Source of the DNA: Chrysomallon squamiferum
Taxonomy: Eukaryota; Animalia; Mollusca
Direction: 5' to 3'
Length of the DNA stretch: 64,000 nucleotides
Assembly: GCA_012295275.1 (NCBI GenBank)
Contig: CM022671.1
Location: forward strand, 20,336,001-20,400,000
Positions 37,066-51,141 of the stretch are shown here, piece after piece. The stretch's first letter is position 1, and each line of letters starts with the position of its first letter. The position numbers were made by a program, and so were the translations under genes. Under the pieces are notes generated by a model, which made no database searches, had not been told where the DNA came from, and saw only the letters and a list, made by a program, of their open reading frames with translations.

Positions 37066-40000
37066 ATGGAGGATAGTAGACGAATTTGTTCATATTCAAT
37101 ACCACGTTTTGTTTTATTCGTCAGTATTGTTGTTGTATCTGTTGAATCTGTCACTGAACATCATCATGTTGCACAGTTTTCGATTAAAGCAAACAGTCAA
37201 TTAGACGCATTATCGTCACTCCCTGATATGGCAGTTAAATCACGTCAAAAACGGGATTTGAAGGACAAGTGCAAAATTCAGGAAGAGAAACACCTGAAAG
37301 ATATGAGAAATGGAACGCGTTATGAAACAAAGGTGATATAATTTGGAAACATAATCTGTAAAATTTCTCTATTAAAAAACAAAACAGACCATACACACAA
37401 ATAATCATTAAGATGATGAACATCATAAAATGTATAAACATAAATACTGACAATAAAATTGTTATTAGTTAATTGGTAATAAATTGATTCTTATCATTCC
37501 ATCAAAATATATTATTATTAAATAATAACTATAATATAAAACTTTATATATGTTCACATGATTTCAAATCTGAATGTGTTTGTTCATTCTCTTGCTTCTG
37601 TCTCATGTCATTCTGAAACTGAAATAACCAGGAACTGAAAATCAGACTTACAATAGTCTGAAACTGAAATAACCAGGAACTGAAAATCTGACTTATAATT
37701 TGTACTGTCAGTTTCAAACTAATTAATTTTGTATAATTTGGAACTGTTGTTGTTGGTGTTGATGAACATTATTTTTAGATTAACAAGTAATTTTTTTTTA
37801 TTTAGTTTATTTTTTTTTTTTTTCAGCATACCTTTGCCAATGAAACTCATTACAATTTGGCATTAGCTTGGGCTAGTGACAATGATAAAGGGGTATGTAT
37901 TAATATTTTTATTTAATGATGCATCTAGTGGATGTAGCTATCACAGTATGTGTAAAAATGCTGAGTATAACATGTGAATAACACAGTTTTAAAATGATGG
38001 ATTACTCAACAGTTCAGAAAACAACTGATTAATATCCTGGAGTAAATAAAGAACATGTCATCTTCATTTCATGCAGAAATAAATATCTAGTACTAAAAAA
38101 AATACATAACAACTTAGACCTGTGTTTGCACATTGCAAACTAAAACTATTAGTTCTTATTACAAACATAAAACAAAAGTTTAAAAATTGCTGACATACTG
38201 TGTGTAAAACTTTAAGAGCCTTTATTAGTTATGATATAATGACTTCACAACAGACTGGTTTTTTTGGTGTGTTTTTTGAAGAGCTGTATTTAATAATGTC
38301 AGAGGAATCTAATAAAATTAAAGGTTTAAGCCTTATTTAAATTAACTCAAAATCTTTGGAGTGTTTCTCTTCTTTTTTGTTCTCTCCTCAGCTGGGTTTT
38401 TTTCAGATATCCATATAGGTCAGCAACTGATAGTATCCTTTGATTTAACCAAAGTTTCATAACTACTTAATGACAGAATGAAGCAAAATTTATATGTATT
38501 AGGTCTTTGTTATATTATCCAGAATATACTGAATTATATTAACGACATTTGATTATAAAAAATTTATTTTTATTTTATAAAAATGTAAGCAGTTTCAAAC
38601 AATAATTTGTATGAAAGATTGAGGCAATTTTATTAAATATACTGAATAAAGCGTTTTCCATTTCACATAATTCTTGTCACATCAAATATAGCAGGTTCAG
38701 AATAACAATGTTGTCATGTTGTCAGATGACAATAGAATATCTAAAGTGCAATAAGACAGCTGAAAATGATACATCTAATGGGTTGAGCAACTTAGCAAAA
38801 CGATGGCAATGTGTCTCAGACATTACAGGAAAAATAATAAATCCCAGCAATTATTCAAGAACAACTTTAAACCTTTCTGTGAATTTATTCTGATGATTGT
38901 AATTAATTGTAAAGAAAAGAGAGTTTCTTCATGATTATTGGAAAATTGGGACTTTTAAATTTACAGAAAGTTGATGAGCAATATAATTGTATATGATTTT
39001 CTACTAATCTTTCATCATAAGACAGGGATCAGAATTTCTAGTACAACAAATTGAAATAGTTTTTTTTTCACTACTATATTAAATTGTACATGACATAATA
39101 TTCAGAATTAAGATGTAGATGACAATAAAAAGATTAATAAAATTTGCATAGAATAGAAGTCCACTCTGAGAACAGCATTTTTTTTTTAATTTATAAAATT
39201 AGTTTTTGTAAAATTATCAGTATAGATGTTATTATCAAAATTATATATATACATGTGTACATATATGACAATTACTATTTTTATATAGGCAGAAAAAATG
39301 ACATTTACAGACTATGTATTGTTACAAATATAGACAAACAGCAGATTCAGTTGGCCAATGTGTGTGTATATGTGTGTCTGTGTGTGTGTGTGTGCATGGG
39401 TGTGTGTACTATTCAGTATGTGCATCCATATCTGAATACAGCTAGACTGTCACTATATTGATGAATGTTAACTCGAGTAAATTCAGTAACCAGATTTAAA
39501 GTGTAGGTTTTATTGATGACAGTTAAATTTGTATATTTAATATATAACAGAATTCAGAGTTAAAATGCACACAGTTTCTGAAATCAGAGGTTTATCAGTA
39601 TGTTATTATTTTATTTTAATATGTTAATATATGTATGTATGTGTGTATGTGTGTAAATACATACATTCATGCAGTTATATATATAAAATAAATGTGTGTA
39701 TGGCAGTCAGATGTAATTATTTTAAATGTGTTATAATACCACAAAATAAAACCAGTAAATAATTTGAAGACTTTTTAAAAATAAATACATTTATTTTTTT
39801 AATAAAATTATTATTATTATTATGATTTTCTTTTTTTTTTTTTCTCTCACTCTCATTCTGGTCCAGATATTTTATCATGATACTTTACAAACAGCAGTCA
39901 TTTGTTAGATCAATATTATGCAGCTGTTGTTTTTCATTTAACATTTTGTATTAGATACAGACTTACATATCCTGAATATCATATCTATTATTTCAAATAG

Positions 40001-40468
40001 TCTACTTCTGTGTAGTTTATTTTAAGCTAGCTGGGAAAATATACATAATTATACAGGCAATTATGTTTGTTAGAGCACATAATAGCATCAATGGATTTTT
40101 CTTATATACTTTGTTATTATTATTATTATTATTATTACTATTGGGGTTTTCTTCCATTAAAAATTATTATTAAATTTTAAGTGTTATTATTATTTCAGTT
40201 TAGAAATAACCATTTTAAGCAGTCAGATATAGCAACAAGTTGCAATTCTTAAGAGTAGTGCATGTAATTTATATTATACCTTATTTAACTTTGTATGTAT
40301 TTTTACCATTACTAATTCCTCAAGAACCCCCTGACTTTGCCAGACAGAATCTTTTATTTCATAATACATGTGTTTATTCTACAGTATCTGAACCACTGTT
40401 GAAAAAGCATTCTGAGTTGTTATTACTATTATTATTATTTGGCATTAGTAACTGAATTAGAAGTCTCT

Positions 40469-40539
<71 letters not shown>

Positions 40540-43500
40540 CTCTATATATATAGATGTTTGTGAGTGTGTTATATTTTTCTTATTTGTAAAGGGGTAGGTC
40601 ACTGGATCATTATCTCTTGGTTAACCTATTTTGCTGTTTCCCATTCCAGCTAAGGTAACGCAGATTATGGTATGTACTGTCCTCTCTGTGGGATGGTGCA
40701 TATAGAAAATCTCTCACTACTAATAAGAAAAGACTGTTTTAAATGTGTCCCTGTCTGTTGATGATGTCTGGACTGATCAAAGCATAGAAATCTATATTAG
40801 GCATTTTCATACAATTTTAATAGCAGGTTGTAAATATGGCTCCAGTCAGTTAATAGTGATTTTCACTGTTTGGAATAAATATTCCAGATTGATATTCTTC
40901 ACTGGCTTTTCCAAAAGGAAGAATTTAATAGTCTGTCACATTTACAGGTACAGATCACTAATGTGTTTGACATGACTTAGACCATATATAAAACAGCAAC
41001 ATTTTTTCTGACACCATTCAAAAACCATTTCATTGTTGATGTGATCTTCATATTAATGGAAAATAAGTGCAAGTCTCTGTTTTTCACATTCACAATATAA
41101 TGCATTAATATATAATATTTCTTTTTAAATTAATTTTGAAAAGAATAAGAAAAAACAAAAAACAACACACAAAAAAATACACCTGGCCATTAATCTATTA
41201 GCAAAATTGTTTTTGAAGTATTAGGACACAAAAACTCCAGAAACAAATCATTAATAATTATTGATTTTAATTAAAGTGAATTAAAATGTTCCTTTCATAG
41301 TCATACAAATAACACTTAACTATTTTATGTTAATTACAGAGTACTGTTTCAATTCATGCTCAATACTTACTGATAATAAAGTATGATAATAAAGTAAGAT
41401 GGGAAAACTGAACATAAATATGTAAAAAACAAACATTATTCAAATAGCTGTAAATCTAGAAATTTTGCAATGATTTATTCATTTAGGAAAACAATACAAT
41501 AGCAGGTTTTTTTAAATGAAAAATTCTTGTGTCATATTTTTTAAATGGTGAATGAAAATTGTCAGATATCAAATTTTTTATTTTATTTTTCTTCTGGTTC
41601 AGTGCTTTGGTTAAAAACTTAAATTAATTAATTAGAAAAATAAAATAAAAACTTTAACTTAACATTTTATTTGATAATAAAGAATTTATTACTGAATAAT
41701 ACATTTTTAATCTTTTATTATTTGTTTGTTTGTTTGTTTGTTTAATGTTTTTCACTCTACAACAGAATTATATTTTTCCAGGTTCTTATTGTGGTCACAT
41801 CAGAAGTTGTTATGATGATGTTTGCAATGTCCAGTGTTTACAGAAGGTAAGTAAAAACATAATGTAAAAACATAAAATTGGGGATTTTGCTTTCTTCTTG
41901 TAAATTATACATTTTCAATTTAAAAAGTCACACCATTGTATTATATAGATAACAATAACTATATATATATATTTTGTTTCCTTTTATATCATGATTTATG
42001 CCCTGTTTATTGAACAATAAGTAAATTAAAATTTATCAAAGATATTTTCCATTATCTAACTAACACAGGCTTTTTGATCTGCACCTTCAGTTTTGTTATC
42101 CTAACTCTTTATAAAACTCTTTATATGACAAAATATGTGAAAATTAGAAGCTGACTTGTGTATTACACATAGTTATTATTCGATTAAAATTTTATTGCAG
42201 TACAGACTATGGAAGAACTTGGGCTCAGATTGATGACAAAATAGATAATGAAAAGATAAAAAAAGACAATGGCTTACAGAGAAATCTACATTCTGCTGAA
42301 AAGGTGGAATTTTTCATTATTTTTATTATTATTATTATTATTTTATTATTGTTGTTGTTGTTGTTGTTGTTGTTCTTCTTCTACTTCTTCTTCTTCTTCT
42401 TCTTCTTCTTATTGTTATTGTTATTGTTATTGTTATTCAGAGCTTTGAAATTAAGTTAGTGGCCAGTTTAATCTCTGTCAACTGTTTTATCTCTCCATAA
42501 TCAAACATTTTAAAAATATATACATGAATGTAAAACCGAAATGTCAACAGTGTGAATATCCTTGAAGGAAACATAGTTAAAGCTAAAAGACATTGTTATT
42601 TTTTTAATGCAGAATTACATTAATATAATAATTTAAAAAAATAGCAAACACAGGGTTTTAGATTTTACTAATGGTCTTTGAAAATGCTCTCGATACGTTG
42701 AAAAATGCTCCTGGCAAGATCTCCCAGACCCCCTGATGTAGAAGGTGTTACATGTTAATCTGACTGAAATGAAAAATATGTGAATGTTGCATCCTATCTT
42801 TTTAAAGTTGCCTTTGTTTGACACACAATGGCCATTACATTTTTCATGTTGGGGTTCATTAGGATATGTTAGGTATATTTTGGTAGTTTTCCAAATATAA
42901 AATGATCATATGTAAAGACATTTAGATAAATCTTTGTAATATATATTGAATAAAATATATTAAAACTCTGTGCCAGTAATAAAAAGAATAATTTTACTGA
43001 ATGCATTATGGTCATGAGAAAATCGAAACAAACCCAGAACACCATCATTTTCTTTTATATATCAGAGGAAACCGAAAATAAACTTTTTTTATTGCATAGT
43101 AAAAACAAAATCTTTCAGTATATGTGGCTTTATTGCACTAATTGCTTTGTCTTGTTACATAAGTGAAATTTATTGATGAAATATTTGAGATAAACAAACC
43201 TTATGTGTATCTTTCTGCTCGAATGTTAAATATGTAAACCAACAATTAAATAATACAAATTCTCCTCTGGAGATCACCCATCTGCATCATAAGTTTATGG
43301 CTGTTGAAATGGAGTGCACTGTCACAAGCTCCACGTCCTGTTAGTTTTACTGTAGGTGTATTTATGAGATGACAAAATAAAATAGTAGCCCAAGCTACAT
43401 TATCCAAATCCTACATAGTGAAATTGCAGTTATTACATGTATTTTTATTATATCATTTTATTTTATGTTTAATAAAAAAATTTGGGCAAAGCTAATTGTT

Positions 43501-44389
43501 GCTTCAGCATTTTATTTCTAACTTAAATAATGTGCTGGTTTGTAAAAACAATATTCTGTTTAACAGTATTTTCATCTGCACATAAAATGATCTATTGGTG
43601 AGGGGTTTTTTTAATTTATGTTTAATTTTTAATTTTTTTTAATTTTTATTTTTCTATTCTTGGACATCTGTCCCAGTTATACTTAACACTGCAACCAAAC
43701 ACTCTTGTATATCTACATTTGCTGAATGTCATCATTAATAATATATAATTAGTGTGACATCTCGTGAATTGTACTGTAAAAATAATGATTCTATGCCTGT
43801 TGTAAACTGATTAAATTATGTCCACATTTAAAAAAAAAGCAAAAAAACATTGAATGAGATCATCCTAGCATTATATTCTTCAGCTACCATGTAATCAGTT
43901 ATTACTGGAGACAGCTGGTGTATCACAGTCTGTAGTATGCTTTGCACTGTCTTTGAAAAGTGCACATAAAAGATCCTTTGCTGTTAACATTTCTTAATAC
44001 GAAAAAATAATTGGTATGCTCAAGAGTTGCACTTGCATTAACTAATCCAAAGCTGTACTTTTTTGTATGTATAGAGATGCATACTATGGAAACTAAAAGT
44101 AAAAAATATGATCCTGCATACTAAGCATTTATTTCTACTTGATATTTTTAGTCGATCGTTCATTTATGACCATTTTATTTCTTACATTATTTTAAAAGGT
44201 TTAATTTATTTTTTGTCAACTTGTTTATTCTGACTAAAAGTAATTATCAATATTGATCTTCATTCCTTTCCCTATGTGATTTTTTTTTTTATAATGTGTT
44301 TTTTTTTGTTTTATCTGTAAATTGTACTAAAATGTGTTTGTTTATAAAATAACTTTACAGATCTACACATTTACATGTATTATTGCTTA

Positions 44390-44425
<36 letters not shown>

Positions 44426-47400
44426 CTGATTTATTATTATTAGTTTGTCAGTTTCATTTGGATTAGATTGCATATATTGACTGTCCTCATTTCTGTTAAT
44501 TTCAATATGTATGTTTAGGTATACCTCATTACTCACAAAGAGTATATTTATGTAACTGAAGATGGTGGAGAAACATTTGAAAAAAGGAAAGCAGTTGATG
44601 CCGGGGAAACCATATCAGAGCCACTGGTTTTTCACAGCAACAATTACATAGACAAAATTCTTATTGTGTCTCATTACAGAAAGGTAAGTATTTTTATTAT
44701 CTTATTAAATTTTCATAGATGTAACAACAAGTTTTTTTTTTTTTTTTTGTTTATTTAAATTCAGCAAAAATGTGTTACTGTGGTTTTTTGATTTCACAGT
44801 CACTAACAGATGCTCTGTTTCATATTCATAAAAATTCCACCAAAAAGAGAATAAAGTAATTTTAAAAGGGTTTTTCTGTTGTTTTTGTTTGTTAATTGTT
44901 TTGTAGATGGTATTACCAGTATTTTCACTGAATTTGACACTGTCACTAATTCAAACTGTATATTAAGATAAATATTTTAAAATATGTCATTGTTAAACTT
45001 GTAAGTAACAATGTTGTTGAAATTAAAACAAATTTAGATCCTTTTTAATTGAGAATTCAATTTGCATAATTATTAGTATGGTTTACATAAATTTACATAA
45101 AATTATATTTTCATTTGTACATTAATAACAAAAACCTGTTTTAATAACATAGCATTAAAGGGTGCTCTGATGTTGATTAGTAAAATTTAAGATTCTTAAT
45201 TATTAAATATTATGATTTCAGTTGTATGTGACAGTAGATAATTTGAAAAATTACCATTTCCTCACCAAAGATGTAATGGTAGCCAGATGGTGAGTTTTTT
45301 TGTTTTTTTATATTAGTGGTAGATTTTATCTCTATAAAATTAATATTTAGATTTTATCAACAACTCTTTTTAAATTTACAGAAGACGAACCATTTTGAAA
45401 TTATGAATATTTCTAAAGATAAATCATTAACTTAAATAGAATTCAAGTAAGTAGAAATTTATGACATTTGGTATCCAGTCCTAATTTCTACAAGCTTTGA
45501 TAAATACTCATCAACCTTTTTAAAATTTGCACCATTAAAAATATGTTTTATGACAGTATGTTCATTTTGACAAATATGTGTAATTGCTTCCAATGCCTAT
45601 ATCATGATATATGTTAGATTCAGAAAAAGGAAATAATGTCATATCAGACATTTCAGGGCATTGGAGGAAAAATAATTTTTTTTCATTACAATTTCAGGGG
45701 AACAGATGATTCAGATCCTGACAACAAGGGTAAAATTGTGTACATACTGAAAGGGCCTGATGTACACAGAAGTCCTCTGTTTTCAGGTATGGACAACTCA
45801 TTCATTCCCCAAAGTATCTTTCATTTCATAAATCTGAGATTCCACTAGTGTTCAGTACCTGCCTACTTGGGTTAAGTCAGCTGAGATTCACTTATTTGAG
45901 GGTGGCTAGAGGTTCAGTAGGCTGCAGGATCAGATCTTCTCATTTTACACAATGGTTTATTTTATGTTCAGGCCAGTGCACCACAATTAGTTTATCACTA
46001 CCTGCAGAATGTCCCTTATATCAAAGATCTCTAGCTGGTAACTGATAAGAGTAACTTTTGGAGCAGCAGCAGCAGCTTCCCTTTCCATGTGTCATTATTA
46101 TACTTAATATGCTGAGCCATCTTCATTTGTATTATCATTATGTTTTTGATCATGCAACTTTTCTGTCATATATCATCATTATACTTATAACCCTAATGCT
46201 TTCCTTTCATATATTATCATTATACCTTTTGATCCTCTAGCTTTCCTGTGTACTTATGACCCTGTTGTCTTTTATCTATACTTATAAACCTGTTGGCTTT
46301 CCTCTATACTTATGAACCTGTTGCTTTTCTCTATACTTATGACCCACTGGCTTTCCGCTGTACTTAAAACCCTGCAGTTTTCCTATTATATATATTACCA
46401 TATTATTTCCATTTGTATGTGTTTGATTTGATTAAACTGAATTAAACTAGTTTTTCTAAAAAATAATTTGTTTTCTGGAAATAACTTACATTATTAAATA
46501 TTTTTTTTTGCAAAAAGCTTTTTTCGGTAAGTATTCTTACTTTTTATTTTATCTTTTGTTTTTGTTAATGTTCTTAAAAAATTATTATTGTAAACATGCC
46601 ATTAAAAAAGTTATGTGAGTTTTCTGATCCCTTTAAACACATTAGAAAAGATTAAATTATGAATAGTTTTGTTTTCTGTTGTTTGTTAGAAATAACATAA
46701 TCAGGAATTATTGTAAATAATGTTACAAACTGTACACACTATTTAGGTATCACCCCCACATTGTTATTTATTGTCTCCAACTTTTCAGGAATGCGACCAT
46801 CCATGTATGAATTATATAAAGTCAATGTAGAAACAGAAGAAGATAAATTGATTTCCATTCAGAAACGAGTTGTGACTTTTGGCATCCAGGGCAAATTTCT
46901 CTATGCTTCTATTTTCAAAGATGAAAATCCAAAATCACAGGTAAATTATACAAATAACATTTGCCTTCAGTTTTCATTTTCATGTCTTTTATTTTAACAG
47001 TTTCACTTTTTTCAAAGATCAGATATTTTCATCAATTTATTTGCTCTTCACTGTTGAGATGGATAGTTTCAGCTAACATCAAAATGTTTAAATAAGGTAG
47101 AAGTAGATGATACCCAGGCTATGCACCAGCTCAGAGTATCATAGTCACTAAAATAACAAAAGCAACTCAAAATTGTGAATGTTATACCAGTAAGTAAAGG
47201 TACTCATGAAGTTAAATTAAATTACGTACAGATAAAAAAAAAAAAAGATTTGATTTCTGTAGGACTTCCTAGCTTGTGATAAGTTGGGGATTTTACTACC
47301 TGGGGCTGTAATCTATATAAAACATGGAAGCAACGTGTTAAAATTGTTGGTTTATTTGCCAGTATATTTGTACTAAGTTTCACTGTGGACTGTTGTTTAT

Positions 47401-50260
47401 TTAATTATGTTAATTTTTGTATTATTTTTGTTTAATTATTTTTTGAATTAAATGGACTTGCTGCCTCCATTTAAGTGCCACATTGTTTTCAGACAAATCT
47501 CAATAAAAACAAAATTTAAGTATTCAGTTAAGATTCCTGGCAAAAGTCCAGAACAGAAGCTGCTCAGTACAAAATCCCATCTTCTAAGTCAAAATTCAGA
47601 CAAAACCCTTTAATTCTTCTTCAGGTTTAATCTGTGTTATTCTTATCAATCTGTGCAAGGTATTTGATTAAATTTATTACTAATTAGAATTTTCATAGAA
47701 ATTCATTTCTAATTCTTGTTTAGTGGATATATCATGCAGAAAGGTATTTTTAAAAAGAGTTTTTTTTTTTGTTTTTTTTTTACCTCAGACTGCAGAGAGG
47801 TTGATGATGGTGTCAACTGATGGAGGCTTGCATTGGAGTGAGGCTCAGTTACCAACACTGACTGGTGACAGAGTAAGCATTTATAATTACTTACCTCTTA
47901 CCATTCACTGATTTTTATATTTACACACTTATCGCTGAGTAGTGACAGGGTAAGTGTTTATATTATAAAGGCTGGGTGAAATGGTAAGTTTTATAATTAT
48001 TTACCTCTTACCACCAACTGACATTTATATTGACACAGACTTACCACTGACCAGTGATTAGTGACAGAGAAAGCATTTATATTAAATACGCGTACCACAG
48101 ACTAGCAGTATGATTAGAATTTATAACTGGTGATAGGGTAAACTTTATGATTAAGCAGCTCCTATTACAGACTAGCAACCACTTGTAACTACTCACCACA
48201 TACCACTGACTGGTGATAGGTAAGTATTTACATTTACATACCACTGTCTGATGATTATACATTTAAAATTACACTTACTTACAACTGACTGAAGCATTTA
48301 TAATTGATTGGTTCCAGAATTTTTCATTTTTTAAATGGACTTTAAATAGATTTTAATTTTTAATTTTTAATTTTTTTGTTGTTGTAAATACTTCAAAGCC
48401 TTTATTTATTTAGTAAGCAGAAATCATTTGAAACAGATCTTTCTGCATAATTTTTCTCTGTAATTTTCTCAAATTCTCACCATTATTTATTTAAAATTAT
48501 AAAATTAATAATAATTTATTTTAAGTAGTAAACTAACTTCTGATATGTTATTAAATTATTAACTTGTACTCTGAAGATCTACAAAATATGTACACCTTGT
48601 TTTGCTCTGTTGATGGGAAAACAACAATTTGTCGATTTTAAAATGTTTTATTGTTGTTGTTATTTTTATTGTTATTGCTATTTCAGTTTTATTCTGTCTT
48701 GGATATGACTGAAGGTCTGATCTTTATGCATGTTGACAACCCAGGAGGTATTTTAATTAAAACATTTTTTAAAATATGTATTAATTACTTTTTTGTTGGT
48801 TGCTCTTTTAGTTACTCTACCTTTTGTTTTTCCAATTACAAATTGCTTTACTAAATTTTTCCAAGAAATGTATACAGGTATAATAAGGGTATTTTTATAT
48901 TAAAAAGCCTAACATTAAGAGACTTATAAATTTTATTTTATTTACTTTTATTTTATTTACTTTCATTTTATTTCTTTTAAAGACACAGGCCACGGCACTC
49001 TTTACACATCGGCTAATCGTGGCATCGTGTATTCCACATCACTCAAACACCACCTGTACCCCAACTACGGCAGCGTTACAGACTTCTACAAAGTAAACTC
49101 AATGAGAGGCACATACCTAGCCAGTCAGCTGAATGATGACAAAAGTATTCATACAGTGATCTCATTCAACCGAGGAGCAGACTGGAACCCAGTTAAACCC
49201 CCTGCAGACCACAACTGTAAATCTTCAGTAAGTTGCTGGCATCATAACCCTCACCATTAAATTTAAATGTAGTATTTTACCATTTTCTTTTATAAATTAA
49301 AAAAAAAAAAGACCTTTATCATATTCTTGTATTAAGGATTGAAGGATCAAGTTTGTATTTTGTTCCAGCTCAGTAATAACATTTATGTATCACGGCCTAA
49401 ATTGGTAAAATAAAGAATGTTGCAAAGCAGAATTGATCCTGTATAGTAAGCATTTATTGCTACTTGACTGTTTTATTTCATACATCAATTTAAAAAGGTT
49501 AAATTAATTTTCGTCAACTTGTTTATTCTGACTGAAAGTAATTGTCTGTATTATTTACATTGCCTGTTAATATTATTCTCATTTACTCATATCAGAATTG
49601 TTAGACTAAAAATTCATTTGTTTCTCTCTTCCAGTCGTGTTATCTACAGATACACAATTATTACAGCATCTCTCGTGGAGTGAAGGCCAGGCCACCATTA
49701 AGTGTAGAAAGTGCTGCTGGACTCATACTTGTCCATGGTAGGTTCAAATACTACACATATAAACTAATGTTTTGTAAGTTGCAGTTTGCTGAAACTGAAT
49801 AAAGCCATTTAAAATTAATTTATATTCAGACTCAGTTACTTTTTGCTTTAGGTTTGATGAGAAACAATACAAGATTTTTTCATTTAATCATCAAAATATT
49901 AATGAATGTCTGATTTTAATGGACTACCGTGTCATGTTTTTCTGGTACAGCCAAGGAGTACATATACTCCCATGTTCCAGTATTCTGGTACTGGCTTGTA
50001 ACCAGTGAGTGTATCCCTGGAAATTCTGATCAGAATTTGTAATAATTACAAACCATAAATTGCTTTATTTTTATTCACTGGTTTATTGTTAAACATATAA
50101 TAATTTGGATTTTCTAACTCTCTTTATTTTCCTCTTATAAGAATATTTTTTTGTTTTAAATTTATTTATTTATATTTCATTTTTATTTTATTTCATGTCA
50201 TTTCATTTTATTTTATTTTATTTTATTATTTTTTTTTTATTCACAGTTTATTTCATGTTT

Positions 50261-50298
<38 letters not shown>

Positions 50299-51107
50299 TT
50301 TTTTTTTTTTTTTTTTTATGTGAATATTATTATTTATTTAATTTTAAAATTTTTACTTTATTTGAATATTTATTATTATTATTATTATTATGTTCACTGG
50401 TATTTCCTTACATTTTTTATTAGATTTTATTTATTTTATTTTTTTTTTTTTTTTTTTTTGTCTTAAAGGTCATGTTGCAGATGCCTTACAAACCACACCC
50501 CCTGATGTTTACATTTCTGTCGATGGAGGTTACACATGGAGAAAGGTTAGTTATGATTGTCAACTTGTTTACTGAATATTTTGTTTCCCAAAACTTGTTA
50601 TTTATATTTCTTATTATATTTTTTTAATTTTATTCATTTATTCTTTTATTTCACATGGAATGGTGTTCCATTTTCAATTTTTTTATTTTTTTTTTTTTTT
50701 TTTTTTTTTGATCTTTTTAGGATTACTGTTCCTGTTAGTATTATCATTATTAAGTTTGTTATTGTTGTTATTATTATTATTATTATTATTGTTGTTGTTA
50801 TTTTAGACTCTAGATGGTCCTCATACATACCAAATAGGTGACAGTGGAGCTTTCATCGTGGCTGTTCCAATTGCTGACACTGTTGCTGATACATTCAAAT
50901 TTTCCACTGACTGGGGTCAGTGTTGGCATGAATACAAATTCACTAACGAGTCTGTGATAATCACTGGAGCCCTCACAGAGCCAGGGAGCAAGTCTATGAC
51001 AATTTCCATCTGGGGTTATACTAAAGAAAACAGAAAATGGGTGATTTTCGTCATTGATTTTGCTGAGATTATAAAGCAGGCTTGTAAGATTCTTTTTTTA
51101 ATGTTTC

Positions 51108-51141
<34 letters not shown>

